Shown piece by piece: positions 41,477 to 51,539 of a stretch of DNA of 64,000 nt. Below the pieces are notes generated by a model, which was given only the letters and a program-made list of their open reading frames with translations, was not told the DNA's origin and did no database searches. A program made the position numbers and the translations under genes. This DNA is from an uncultured Chloroflexia bacterium (GTDB lineage Bacteria; Chloroflexota; UBA6077; JACCZL01). Positions within the stretch are counted from its first letter, which is position 1. Every line of letters starts with the position of its first letter. The DNA is taken from NCBI GenBank assembly GCA_963765765.1, contig CAVXYC010000010.1, positions 234,076 to 298,075 of the forward strand, read 5' to 3'.

Positions 41477-42802
41477 CTACGGCGTGACCATGGCAACAGG
41501 CTGCTGTGCCTGGGCCGTCGTCAGGTAACGAATCGCCTCAGTGATCGCGGGATCGTTCGTTGGGCCGGGCGTGAGCGGACCTTCTACCGCGATGTCAGGC
41601 TGAAGTCCCTGACCATGGATGGGTACCTTTCCAGGCGTGAGCCACTGCGCAGAGGTGATCCTCAAGCCGGAGCGGTCGCTTAGCTGGCGAACCGTCTGCA
41701 CGGTACCTTTGCCAAAGGTCTTCTCTCCGATGAGCGCACCGCGTCCGCTATCTCGCAATGCCGCCGCGGTAATCTCCGATGCGCTGGCCGATCCACGATT
41801 TACGAGGACCGCTATGGGCAGGCTCGTCATGAGTCCAGGCCCTCTGGTGCGGTACTCCTGGTCATCGCCATTTGCGCCGCGCTGGTAAAAAACCACGCCG
41901 TCGCTCAAAAACTGACTGGTGATCTCCACTGCTGATGTCACGAACCCGCCCGGGTTGGATCGCAAGTCCAGCACGATCGCCGTCGGCTGTTGATCCAGCA
42001 GCTCTTTCATCCGGTTTGTAAGCTCGGTTGGCGCTTCTCGGCTGAAGCTGGCAACGCGGATGTAGCCAATCTGGGAATCCAGCATGCGGGCGCGAACAGC
42101 CGACACACGAATCTCGGCCCGGGTCAATGTGAATTGCAACGGCTCAGCGACGCCTGCACGCTCGATCGTAAGACGGACGGTCGTGCCGCCCTGACCGCGA
42201 ATAAGCGGAACGACATCGTTCAAGTTCCATCCGCGCACGTCCGTATCGTCGACGTGTGTCACGACGTCATCGGCCAGAATTCCGGCCTGCTCAGCAGGGG
42301 AGCCATCAATGGGCGCCACTACGTGTATCGTGCCGTCCTTGCCGTCCACCGAGATGCCCACACCCTCGAACCGACCACGCAAATCCGCATCCGAGATCTC
42401 GCGCTGCGCGGGTGTGAGGAACACCGAATTTGGGTCACCGAGCGTATTGAGCATGCCGCGGATGGCGGCGAAAATCATCTGCTCGCGATTCACGTTCTCG
42501 CGCGGCAGAAACTCTTGATTGACATAATTCCAGGTTTCCCAGAACGCCTGGACGTGAAGGCGGTCGGTCTCGGAGAGGTCGGCGTTCACCGGTGCGACCG
42601 CATGGATCCCTAGACGACTCGGATCGATTCCGAACTGTCGGATAATTGGGCTCAGTGCGTGCTTGCCCTGAACGGCGTCGGCCTGGCCGTAGAGATATCC
42701 GGAGGAGAAGAGGAAGAAGAATGTCAGCGCGAGAAAGATCGAGCTCCAGCGCGGTTCGAATATCGACCGTGGCCGCGGTGGGCGCTGGGAGTTATAGGGC
42801 AT
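41477..42802 (-). CDS. S41 family carboxy-terminal processing peptidase (PDZ)
   Basis: LDLRSNPGG, SASASEI, GEKTFGKG. Confidence 0.93.
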   Translation of the reverse strand: MPYNSQRPPRPRSIFEPRWSSIFLALTFFFLFSSGYLYGQADAVQGKHALSPIIRQFGIDPSRLGIHAVAPVNADLSETDRLHVQAFWETWNYVNQEFLPRENVNREQMIFAAIRGMLNTLGDPNSVFLTPAQREISDADLRGRFEGVGISVDGKDGTIHVVAPIDGSPAEQAGILADDVVTHVDDTDVRGWNLNDVVPLIRGQGGTTVRLTIERAGVAEPLQFTLTRAEIRVSAVRARMLDSQIGYIRVASFSREAPTELTNRMKELLDQQPTAIVLDLRSNPGGFVTSAVEITSQFLSDGVVFYQRGANGDDQEYRTRGPGLMTSLPIAVLVNRGSASASEITAAALRDSGRGALIGEKTFGKGTVQTVRQLSDRSGLRITSAQWLTPGKVPIHGQGLQPDIAVEGPLTPGPTNDPAITEAIRYLTTAQAQQPVAMVTP

Positions 42803-42904
42803 GAGTGAGAAGTCTCCTGACCGGATTCTACTCGCCGATATGAGCAGCAGGCATAAAGTCGACCAAGGAGGGAGGGCTCGAAGCGTCCTCCCTGCGGAGC
42901 ACGA

Positions 42905-43981
42905 CTAATCCGGCTCGGGGCCCTTCACCGGTAGCGCAATTCGCTGGGTCTCCGGCAGGCGGTCCAGCAGCTCCTCCGGAGACGCGCTGAAGCGATCGAA
43001 CACATCGCGCAAATGCGACGTCTCATAGTGCGCGTAGATGCGCTTCGTGGTTTCGGGAGAAGCGTGACCGAGGATGTCCTGGACTTCGGAGAGCTTGGCG
43101 CCACGGTTCAGCATCGTGCTGGCCTTGGTGTGCCTGAAATCGTGTGGTGAGATGCTAATGCCGCAGGCATTGCCGTAGCGGTGCACCGTCTTCCAGATCG
43201 ACTGGGTGGAGAGTCTATACGATTGGCCGGACGGCGTGGGCTTTCCGCGTGCCACGTCGTGCCGAAGAAACAGCGGATAGAATGCGTCGGCGCGAGCGCG
43301 CAGATAGTCCCGAATGGCCGCCAGCGTATCGTCGTCGAAGAAGACGATACGCTCTTTGTCGCCCTTGCCCGTGATGAGCGCCTGGTTGGCGTGGCCATCC
43401 TGGATGTCGGATCGATTCATGCGCGCCACTTCCTCTCGCCGCATCCCGGTGCAAAAAAGCGTACGCATCAAGGCCCGATCGCGCAAGAGCTCGCGCCTCG
43501 CCTCGCCGCGCCGGTCGCTCGGGTCGGGCAGGGGAATTGCATCGACATAACTCACAACGACCGGCAGTCGCTGGTCGATTCGAGGCGTCCTATACGGAAT
43601 GCGTCCGACGACCTCGCGCAAATTGTCGCGCATGCGCTCAAACTGCAGATCCGGTGGCGCCAGTCGTCGCCGAACGAGAAATCGAAAGAATGCGCGCGTT
43701 CCGGCCAGATACGTCGTGATGGTGAAACGTCGCTCGCGACCGTACTGCTTGATCATCCAGCCGTAGAAACGCTCCAGCACGTCATCGTCGAGCGCATCGA
43801 TCGAAACCTGCCTGGGATCGATCTTCTGCGATTCCAGGAACTCCACAAACCGGCCGAGCGCGGTTTTATAGGTTGTCCGCGTGCGGGGCGACTTGCCAAC
43901 GAGCGATTCTTCGAAATCATCGATCGCCGCGGCAATCAATGGATAGTCAGGACGCTCATGGACGGCCTCGTGCGCTGTCAC
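42905..43981 (-). CDS. Tyrosine recombinase (Xer-like), 358 aa
   Basis: TGMRREE, GKGDKER, PHDFRH, LGHAS..TT.IYAH catalytic residues. Confidence 0.92.
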   Translation of the reverse strand: MTAHEAVHERPDYPLIAAAIDDFEESLVGKSPRTRTTYKTALGRFVEFLESQKIDPRQVSIDALDDDVLERFYGWMIKQYGRERRFTITTYLAGTRAFFRFLVRRRLAPPDLQFERMRDNLREVVGRIPYRTPRIDQRLPVVVSYVDAIPLPDPSDRRGEARRELLRDRALMRTLFCTGMRREEVARMNRSDIQDGHANQALITGKGDKERIVFFDDDTLAAIRDYLRARADAFYPLFLRHDVARGKPTPSGQSYRLSTQSIWKTVHRYGNACGISISPHDFRHTKASTMLNRGAKLSEVQDILGHASPETTKRIYAHYETSHLRDVFDRFSASPEELLDRLPETQRIALPVKGPEPD

Positions 43982-44070
43982 TTGGAAAGCATAGAGTCCG
44001 GGGCTCCGTGAAATTACGCTCGATTAGATACACACGCGATACAGAAGTGCGCGGCCGGCTATCGTGGCTA

Positions 44071-44100
44071 TGGTAGATATAATTAGCATTATCGTAACCA
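44071..44100. other. dif-like recombination site candidate
   Basis: (T)GGTAGATATAA-TTAGCA-TTATCGTAACC(A): 11-6-11 layout with inverted ATAA/TTAT inner arms, in an AT-rich patch upstream of the recombinase. Confidence 0.65.
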
Positions 44101-44120
44101 ATGGATAATGATTGAAGTGG

Positions 44121-45245
44121 CTATGATCGCGCAATTCGGTAGATCTTGGTTATTCCAGCCACGTAGATAGCGCCATCGGGCCCATTGGACACATCCAGCC
44201 GGCAATCCGCCGCGAGATCTTCTACGATCTGAACCTGGTCGCCATTGGTGCCACCAAACCGGAGTCGACGCATCACTCCGACGTTCCACAGGCACTGGAA
44301 CGCGTCGCCTTGGTATTCAGGAAACTGATCGCCGCGATAAAACATGAACCCAGACATGCCCAGGCGCTCTGCTCCCGAATTCCAGATTGGATCGCTGTAG
44401 CGCGGATCGCCCGGTGCGCCAATGACACCTGGCCAGCCGTAGTTCCCGCCGGGCTTGATGAGATCGAGCTCGTCGAAGCCCTTCGGGCCGTTGTCCACGC
44501 TATAGATGGCGCCTGTCCGCGGATGGAAATCGAATCCGTATGGATTGCGCAGGCCCATGGCGTACACCGGCGTCCCGGCAAAAGGATTGTCCGAAGGAAC
44601 GCTCCCATCGTCATTGATACGGATCATTTTTCCCTGTAGACCGTCCAATTTCGGCTCGCCGCTGGGCTCGTCGCCTGCCTGTCCAGTTCCTATGTAAAGC
44701 TTCCCGTCTGCCCCGAACCTCATTCGCCCACCGTTATGTGAACCTTTAACATCCGGAGGGATCTTGTCCAGAATCGTGATCGTATCCGTGCCGACGCCGT
44801 TCCTTTCGGTCATGCGTACGACGCGATTGAAGTCGATCTTCCCGCCTTTGTTCGGCACGGCGTAATAAAGATAGACCCAGCCGTTTTCGCTGAATCGAGG
44901 ATGGAGCACCAACCCGAGGAGCCCCTGCTCTGCTCCCTTGGCGACGTCCAACGAGGCAAAGGGCTCCTCGCGGAGAACGCCGTTCTGAGCGATGCGTACC
45001 TGGCCCTTGTTCACCTCGACGAAGAAGAGCCGACCGTCCGGGGCGAACTGGAGCGACACCGGAAGCTGGACGCCGTCGACGTACGTCTTCGGCTCCACGG
45101 CAAGCGGCTTCGGAGTAATCGCCGGTGGTGGGCTGGTTGGCTCAGCCGGGGGATCAACGGGAGGACTGGCCGATTGACACGCCACCGTCGTCACGGCAAT
45201 GGCAACTGCGATCAGGCCGCTCGTGAGATGTCGCGAGACCCACAT
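44121..45245 (-). CDS. PQQ-dependent sugar (glucose/sorbosone) dehydrogenase lipoprotein
   Basis: Lipobox-like TTVAC; EQGLLG, HNGGRMRFGADGKLY, GLRNPYG, GGNYGWP. Confidence 0.9.
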   Translation of the reverse strand: MWVSRHLTSGLIAVAIAVTTVACQSASPPVDPPAEPTSPPPAITPKPLAVEPKTYVDGVQLPVSLQFAPDGRLFFVEVNKGQVRIAQNGVLREEPFASLDVAKGAEQGLLGLVLHPRFSENGWVYLYYAVPNKGGKIDFNRVVRMTERNGVGTDTITILDKIPPDVKGSHNGGRMRFGADGKLYIGTGQAGDEPSGEPKLDGLQGKMIRINDDGSVPSDNPFAGTPVYAMGLRNPYGFDFHPRTGAIYSVDNGPKGFDELDLIKPGGNYGWPGVIGAPGDPRYSDPIWNSGAERLGMSGFMFYRGDQFPEYQGDAFQCLWNVGVMRRLRFGGTNGDQVQIVEDLAADCRLDVSNGPDGAIYVAGITKIYRIARS

Positions 45246-45279
45246 GGTGCGGCGCAATTATAGCCCGAGCAAGCGAGGC

Positions 45280-47146
45280 TCAAGCCGAACGTAGTGGCGT
45301 TCCCTTGCGGGCGCCGCCTGGCAATCCCTGAGCCGACGGTGCCAGGGATCCTCGCCCAGCGTCCCCCAAGGGAATGAGACTGCGGCGGTTCCTACTCTCA
45401 AGCATTCTTTCGCTCACCCACCAGGCGATCACCGGGAACACCCACACCACCGCCGATCGGAAGTTGAATGCCCACCACATGTCGGTGCCCTGGTAGCTGA
45501 ACAGAGGATAAATCAGCAGCGATGACGCGCTCAGTATCAACGTAAGTCGAACAGCACGCGTTGATGGACTGAGGGCCGCGAATCCAAGTGGCCACAAGAT
45601 ATACCACGACCAGATCCAGGTTGCTGTCGCGAGCAAGAACACCAGGAACAGCGAGGTGAATGCGGTCGCCCATGCCCCGCCCCCGCGCTTCAACACTTGG
45701 AGTGCAATGACCAGGAATCCGACGGCGAATGCCGCGTATGCCGAGGCTCGAATCAGCGTATTGGCATCGGCGAGGTGCGACCGGCTCGTCCAGGCTGCAC
45801 GCGCCGAATCCGCGTTCATCACCTCGATCTCGCCCGGCATGACTTCATCAAGCAACCGGATCGACGGCACATAACCCACCCGTCCCGTGGACGGCTCAAA
45901 GACGCGCGTCCATTCATTCTCGGCGGGGGCAACCACCAGGAGTGATGCGCCGTCAGGCAATGACGCTATCAGTTGCCGAACGCTTCCTGAGCTCGACCAC
46001 AGTCCAGTGGGTTGGCTCAGCTGCGTGCGCCAGGTATGGAAGTACAGCGGCGCCCGAACGTCGTCGGGCATCTCGCCCATGAGCACGCGAGCCTCGGCCA
46101 GGATGAGCTCGTGAACGCTATTGGTATAGCGCACTGTATCTGCCCCGAGCACGCCAACTCCAGAGCCCTCGAGTGGCGAACGCCCGGCTACGAAGAGTCC
46201 GAGCATCACAATGAGAACTCCGACGATCGCTAGCCCGGCAGACTTTCCGAGCGCCTGTGGGCCCTTGCCGCCAACCAGCCAGATTAACCCCACAATAGGC
46301 AACATCAACGCGGCAATGGCCTTGATGAAAAAGGCGCTCGCCCAGCACGCGCCACTCAGCACGATCTTTTGCTGCTGGGCGGCCCAAACGGCGGCCAACA
46401 GGAAGAGCATCAGCAGCAGATCGTTATGTCCACTCATACCCGCTTCCAGGGGCACCAGCGGATTCCAGAGCCACAGTGCCGCCCCGGCAGTGGCCGTCTG
46501 AGCGCCTCGATCGCGGAGCACAAGCCAGATGAGTCCTCCGCAAGCCAGCGCTGACGCCGCGGCGACCAATCGGAAGAGCAGCACGCCTCTGGGGATGCTT
46601 TCCGCGGCTATGGACGCGATGACGGCTGACACCTCGGTCCACAGCGGTCCATAGAAAGACGGAACGTCGCGCCAGTAGACGTATGGAAGAACCGGGTCGT
46701 CGACGTAGGTTCGACGGTGTGTCGTGGTAAGGATTCCCATGATGGATCGATGCGATTCGACCGTACATTAGGTAGCTGAATGGATCGGATGACAGCAGAG
46801 CTGGGGCGTCGAGCTGCTGAACCTGAAATATGACGCCAATGGTGAAGACCGCGACGGTCACAGAACGTCTCGGCGCATGGCCGATCAAGACCAGTGCAGC
46901 GAGATAGCAAAGAAACAGCGCTCCGATTACCAGCGTGAACCAGGCGGCCGCTCCCGATATTCCAGAAATGTCTGTCGGAATGTCAGCTCGGGACGCGCTA
47001 CGGACGCTCCAGGGGACGATCTGCCAGGCACCGCTCGGCTCGGCCAGTGCTAGCCGCGGAACCACCGTATCCAACAGCTCGTACATGGCCGCGCTGACGC
47101 AGCCGAGCACTATCAATAGCGGAAGGCGCCACGGTAGTCGTGTCAC
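45280..47146 (-). CDS. GT-C glycosyltransferase (MptB/GT87-like) with inserted SH3-like segment; apparent frameshift near 46715
   Basis: SSDPFSYLMYGR..HGNPY, YGPLWT, WNPL..LE...GHND, IKA, WSWYILW. Confidence 0.75.
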
Positions 47147-47201
47147 TTCCCGCTCTGATCGTCACTGTGTCGACCTTCGAGATCGGGACCGCCAGAAGGG
47201 G

Positions 47202-48482
47202 TTACGGGTAAATTCCCCGTATCTGAGTTGCCTGAGCAACGCGTCCCACGCCGAGCATGTAAGCTCCCATCCTCAGCGACACGTCGTACTCTTTCGCCAG
47301 TCTGACGCTTTCACCATACGCGGTCGTTAAGATGCCACGCAGTCGACCGTTGATCTCGTCCAGCGTCCAGAAAAACTGCTCCCGATCTTGCACCCATTCA
47401 AAGTAGGACACGGTCACACCGCCGGCGTTGCACAGAATGTCGGGAATGATCAACGTGCCCTTCCCTAGCAGTATTTCATCCGCCTCCGGAGTCACCGGCC
47501 CATTTGCTGCTTCGGCGATGATTCGAGCCCGTATGTCAGCGGCGTTGCCGGAGTGAATGACGCTCTCGAGCGCGGCCGGAACGAGAATGTCGCACTCGAG
47601 CCGCAATAGATCGTCATTGCTGATCGGATCCGTTCGAGGCGCGCCGACAACGGAGCCTGTTTCTTGCTTATGTCGAGTCACGACCAGGAGATCGAGCCCG
47701 TCAGCGTTGAACACTCCGCCCCGAGAATCGCTCACAGCTACGACCGTGCAGCCAATGTCTCTAAGGAACCGCGCCGTGGACTCACCGACGTTACCGAATC
47801 CCATGACGGCGGCCCTGGACGACTTCGGATCCAGCCCAATGGACCTGGCCGCTTCTTCTACGCAGTAGACTACACCGCGGCCGGTGGCTTCTGGACGCCC
47901 CTCTGAGCCACCGATGGCCAGAGGCTTGCCGGTGACCACCGCTGGGACAGAATAGCCCTTGTGCATGGAATACGTATCCATGATCCACGCCATCGTTTGC
48001 GCGTCGGTCCCGACGTCGGGCGCTGGGATATCGAAGTCGGGCCCGATCAACAGTGAGATCTCGGTGGTATAGCGACGCGTGAGACGCTCCAGCTCACGGC
48101 GAGTCATTGACTTGGGGTCGCAGACGATGCCGCCCTTCGCGCCGCCGAACGGAATCATGACAACAGCGCACTTCCAGCTCATCCACATGGCCAGCGCCTT
48201 GACCTCGTCGAGGGTGACGCCCGGGTGATATCGGATTCCCCCTTTGGCAGGTCCTCGGCCGAGGCTGTGCTGCACGCGATAGCCTGTCATCACCTGCGTG
48301 CGGCCGTCGTCCCTCTGCACCGGGAAGTGCACGGTGAGCTCACGGTTTGCCTCACGCAGCACATCACGAACGCCAGGATCCAGCCCAAGCTTCTCCGCAA
48401 CCAGGTCATATTGCTTCTGTGCGATGGCCAACGGATTGACTTCAGCAGACTCTGCCATCCCCATTGATCGCGACTGCGCCAC
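47202..48482 (-). CDS. gdhA: Glu/Leu/Phe/Val dehydrogenase (glutamate dehydrogenase)
   Basis: GPAKGGIRYHP, GGAKGG, DIPAPDVGT, GFGNVG, NAGGVTVSYFEW. Confidence 0.92.
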   Translation of the reverse strand: MAQSRSMGMAESAEVNPLAIAQKQYDLVAEKLGLDPGVRDVLREANRELTVHFPVQRDDGRTQVMTGYRVQHSLGRGPAKGGIRYHPGVTLDEVKALAMWMSWKCAVVMIPFGGAKGGIVCDPKSMTRRELERLTRRYTTEISLLIGPDFDIPAPDVGTDAQTMAWIMDTYSMHKGYSVPAVVTGKPLAIGGSEGRPEATGRGVVYCVEEAARSIGLDPKSSRAAVMGFGNVGESTARFLRDIGCTVVAVSDSRGGVFNADGLDLLVVTRHKQETGSVVGAPRTDPISNDDLLRLECDILVPAALESVIHSGNAADIRARIIAEAANGPVTPEADEILLGKGTLIIPDILCNAGGVTVSYFEWVQDREQFFWTLDEINGRLRGILTTAYGESVRLAKEYDVSLRMGAYMLGVGRVAQATQIRGIYP

Positions 48483-48748
48483 GTTGCTGCCTCCCGCGCG
48501 CTCCGACCCTTACAAAAGCTGGATGCGTTCCGAAAGGGGTCGAGACGGCTTGATGCGACTTACTGTCCATCGATTCGATTGTAGCAATGACTCTTACAGG
48601 CCATGGACCTGGAATCCAAGAATGGCCGCCCATCGTAGAATGTCCGTGCCCTACAAGGCTTGGAACGCGAAACCGCAACTGGACTGGAGCGTTCCATCGA
48701 TAACACCGCTGCCAGCGTGCCAACCAAATTGATGAAGGATCTCCGTTA

Positions 48749-49129
48749 GTGCTCACACATACGCTAAGAGTCGGAACACTCATCGTGACGCTGGCACTCG
48801 CTAGCGGTACAGCGGCGCTCGCCGTGCGCTCTGCCTCCGCTCAGGCCGATGGCGCGGCGTTGTTCGCAACAGACTGCGCTCGATGCCATGGTGACAACCT
48901 GGAAGGTGGCGAAGGTCCGCCGCTAGCGGGTTCAGGCAACGCCATCGGAACCTACAGGACCGCGGGTGCACTCCTACAGTACGTCATGGAGAATATGCCT
49001 AACGACCAGCCGTCGACACTTGCTCCCGAAGATTATTCCGCAATCGTCGGATTCATCTTGAGTAAGCACGGGGTCGCGGTTCCAGACGGATTCAATCCGG
49101 AGAACGGTGCCGGCATAGCGCTGCCTTAA
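48749..49129 (+). CDS. Secreted monoheme c-type cytochrome
   Basis: Signal peptide, CARCH, distal Met in ENMP. Confidence 0.88.
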   Translation: MLTHTLRVGTLIVTLALASGTAALAVRSASAQADGAALFATDCARCHGDNLEGGEGPPLAGSGNAIGTYRTAGALLQYVMENMPNDQPSTLAPEDYSAIVGFILSKHGVAVPDGFNPENGAGIALP

Positions 49130-49228
49130 GGCATCCGCGAAGCGCGCGTTGTCGATCCGGCGCGACGACCCCACTTCCCGACCTCTGCTAGGATTCGACT
49201 TCGATATCCCACTATTGAGGAGGGTCCG

Positions 49229-50392
49229 GTGAAGGCCGAGCGCCTGAGTAAGCTCCCCCCGTACCTGTTCGTTCAGATTCGCAACAAGATCCGCGAGACA
49301 CGCGAGCGCGGTGTCGACGTCATCAGTCTCGGCGTCGGCGATCCAGATCAGCCCACGCCAAACCGCGTGGTTGATGCGTTATGTGAAGCTGCACGCGATC
49401 CGGCCAACCATCCCTACCCGACCGACGAGGAAAAGGGCATGCTGGCCTATCGAAAGACCGTCGCGGATTGGTACAAGCGCCGATTCAGTGTGGAGCTTGA
49501 TCCCGAATCCGAAGTTCTCGGTCTGATCGGGAGCAAAGAAGGCAATCACCATCTCTGCTTGGGCATGCTGAACCCGGGTGATGTGGCCATTCTCCCCGAC
49601 CCCGGCTATCCCGCCTACTTCGCCAGCGCCATTTTTGCCGGTGCAGAAGTCGTACGAGTCCCGCTCTATCGGGAGAAGGGCTTCTTCCTCGACGTCGACG
49701 ATATTCCGGCGGACATCATCCCGCGCACCCGCCTGATATTTCTGTGCTACCCCAACAACCCAACGGCGGCCGTTGCGACCCTCGAGCAATATCAGCGTGT
49801 GGTGGACTTCTGTCGCGAGCACGAGATTCTGGTCGTGAACGACAACCCCTACAGCGAAATCACGTACGACGGCTACAAGGCGCCCAGCATCCTGGCCGCT
49901 AAGGGGGCGATGGAGGTGGCCGTCGAGTTCAACTCACTGTCCAAGCCATTCAATATGACGGGTTGGCGCATCGGTATGGCTATGGGCAACCCCGAGGCGA
50001 TCTCGGCGATCTCGCAGGTGAAAGAGAACACCGATTCGGGCATCTTCAATGCCATTCAGTACGCGGCGATCGCCGCGCTCAATGGGCCGCAGGAGGAGCT
50101 CGATCAGCTCATCGGCGTTTATAAGCGTCGACGCGATCTGGTAGTCAGCACGTTCAGAACAATGGGACTCGACGTGGATGTCCCCAAGGGCACCTTCTAC
50201 GTCTGGACGCCGACGCCGAACGGCATGAAGTCCGCTGAGTTCGTGGAGGATGTGCTGGAAAAAACCGGCGTGGTGGTCACACCCGGTTTAGGCTACGGCT
50301 CCCGTGGCGAGGGCTTCTTCCGTGTTTCACTCACCGTGTCGGATGCCCGCCTGGATGAAGCGATGGACCGCTTGAAGAAGGCGTACGCCTAG
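49229..50392 (+). CDS. dapL: LL-diaminopimelate aminotransferase (class I/II PLP)
   Basis: LPPYLF, GSKEG, YPNNPT, SLSKPFNMTGWRIG, DSGIF. Confidence 0.8.
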   Translation: MKAERLSKLPPYLFVQIRNKIRETRERGVDVISLGVGDPDQPTPNRVVDALCEAARDPANHPYPTDEEKGMLAYRKTVADWYKRRFSVELDPESEVLGLIGSKEGNHHLCLGMLNPGDVAILPDPGYPAYFASAIFAGAEVVRVPLYREKGFFLDVDDIPADIIPRTRLIFLCYPNNPTAAVATLEQYQRVVDFCREHEILVVNDNPYSEITYDGYKAPSILAAKGAMEVAVEFNSLSKPFNMTGWRIGMAMGNPEAISAISQVKENTDSGIFNAIQYAAIAALNGPQEELDQLIGVYKRRRDLVVSTFRTMGLDVDVPKGTFYVWTPTPNGMKSAEFVEDVLEKTGVVVTPGLGYGSRGEGFFRVSLTVSDARLDEAMDRLKKAYA

Positions 50393-50404
50393 TCAACGGC
50401 TGCG

Positions 50405-50511
50405 CACTCATGTAGTGGCGTCCCATTACGGGCGCCACGTAGATCTCTCCTGGAGCGATCGCGGGTGAGGAACCTCAGGTGGCGCCCGCAAGGGACGCCA
50501 CTACGTGAGTG
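50405..50511. repeat. GTAG-type REP doublet (REPIN)
   Basis: GTAGTGGCGTCCC..GGGCGCCAC and inverted copy; single related copy at 45291-45315. Confidence 0.8.
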
Positions 50512-50519
50512 TTCTCGAG

Positions 50520-51539
50520 CTACCGAGGCATTAAGGCAGTCTCGAGGTCGCTCAGAAACTTCTCCACCCGCTGCACAACACCGTCCTCGTACCCCGGCGT
50601 CACTTCAATCCACTCGAACTCAGGCTGGCGCCTCAGCCAGATGTATTGGCGACGAATATACGCATGGACGGAGAACTTCGCTCGCTGAACTGCCTCCTCG
50701 AGTGTCAGCTCTCCCCGCAGGGCAGCGGCGAGCTCGCGGTAGCCGCTGGACGACATGGGCGGACTCGCCATCCCCAGGCCTCGGTTCACCAGTCCTCGCA
50801 CCTCTTCTAACCAGCCATTGGCCATCATGGTGTCTACTCGGCGATCGACGATCTCATAGAGCCGCTGGCGATCCATCGTAAGCGCCAGACGGAGAGCCGG
50901 CGCCGGCGCCAATTTCGATCGGCTCTGCTCTGAAAATGGCTGACCTGTGTGGATCACCACCTCCAAGGCCCGTATCACTCGACGGACATTGGTCGCTGGG
51001 ATCCGCTTCGCGGCAAGCGGGTCGCGCTGAGCCAGCCGAACGTGCAGTGCTTCTGCGCCCTCGCGGGCAGCCTCGGCCTCGAGTCGGTGTCGTAGGTCCC
51101 AGTCTGGCTCCACACGCGGCACCGAGAAATGCTCACTGAGCGCCTGTACATAGTGCCCCGTCCCGCCGACGATGAGCGCGACCTTTTCTCGTTCGCGGAT
51201 CGACTTCAGCGCGAGCCGACCGAGCTCCTGGAACTGGACGACGGTGAAAACATCTGAAGGTCCCACGATATCGATGAGATGATGAACAGCCCTCTGGCGC
51301 TCATCCGGCGAAACCTTGGCAGTGCCGATATCGAGATCGCGATAGACCTGTCTGGAGTCGGCCGAGATTATCTCAACTGGGAACGTTTCCGCTAGTCGCA
51401 AGCTGAGCGCCGTCTTTCCAACGCCTGTTGGTCCAGCGATCACGACGGTCGGTGGCAGCAGCTCCGAGACGCGGTCTTCGGGGAGCGGTGAGCGCTGAGC
51501 CGCTTGATATACTCGCTCCGCGATGGCTGATCTGGACAC
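50520..51539 (-). CDS. miaA: tRNA dimethylallyltransferase (true start probably somewhat downstream)
   Basis: GPTGVGKT, ISADSRQVY, DIGTAK, VGGTGHY, RRVIRALEV, RRQYIW. Confidence 0.93.
   Translation of the reverse strand: MSRSAIAERVYQAAQRSPLPEDRVSELLPPTVVIAGPTGVGKTALSLRLAETFPVEIISADSRQVYRDLDIGTAKVSPDERQRAVHHLIDIVGPSDVFTVVQFQELGRLALKSIREREKVALIVGGTGHYVQALSEHFSVPRVEPDWDLRHRLEAEAAREGAEALHVRLAQRDPLAAKRIPATNVRRVIRALEVVIHTGQPFSEQSRSKLAPAPALRLALTMDRQRLYEIVDRRVDTMMANGWLEEVRGLVNRGLGMASPPMSSSGYRELAAALRGELTLEEAVQRAKFSVHAYIRRQYIWLRRQPEFEWIEVTPGYEDGVVQRVEKFLSDLETALMPR

Noticed and set aside
40513-43981. Integrative element at tmRNA driven by the nearby tyrosine recombinase
   Set aside because: No duplicated tmRNA 3' end (att) is visible. 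The recombinase is upstream of ssrA and separated from it by housekeeping smpB and S41 peptidase genes, and there are no cargo genes.
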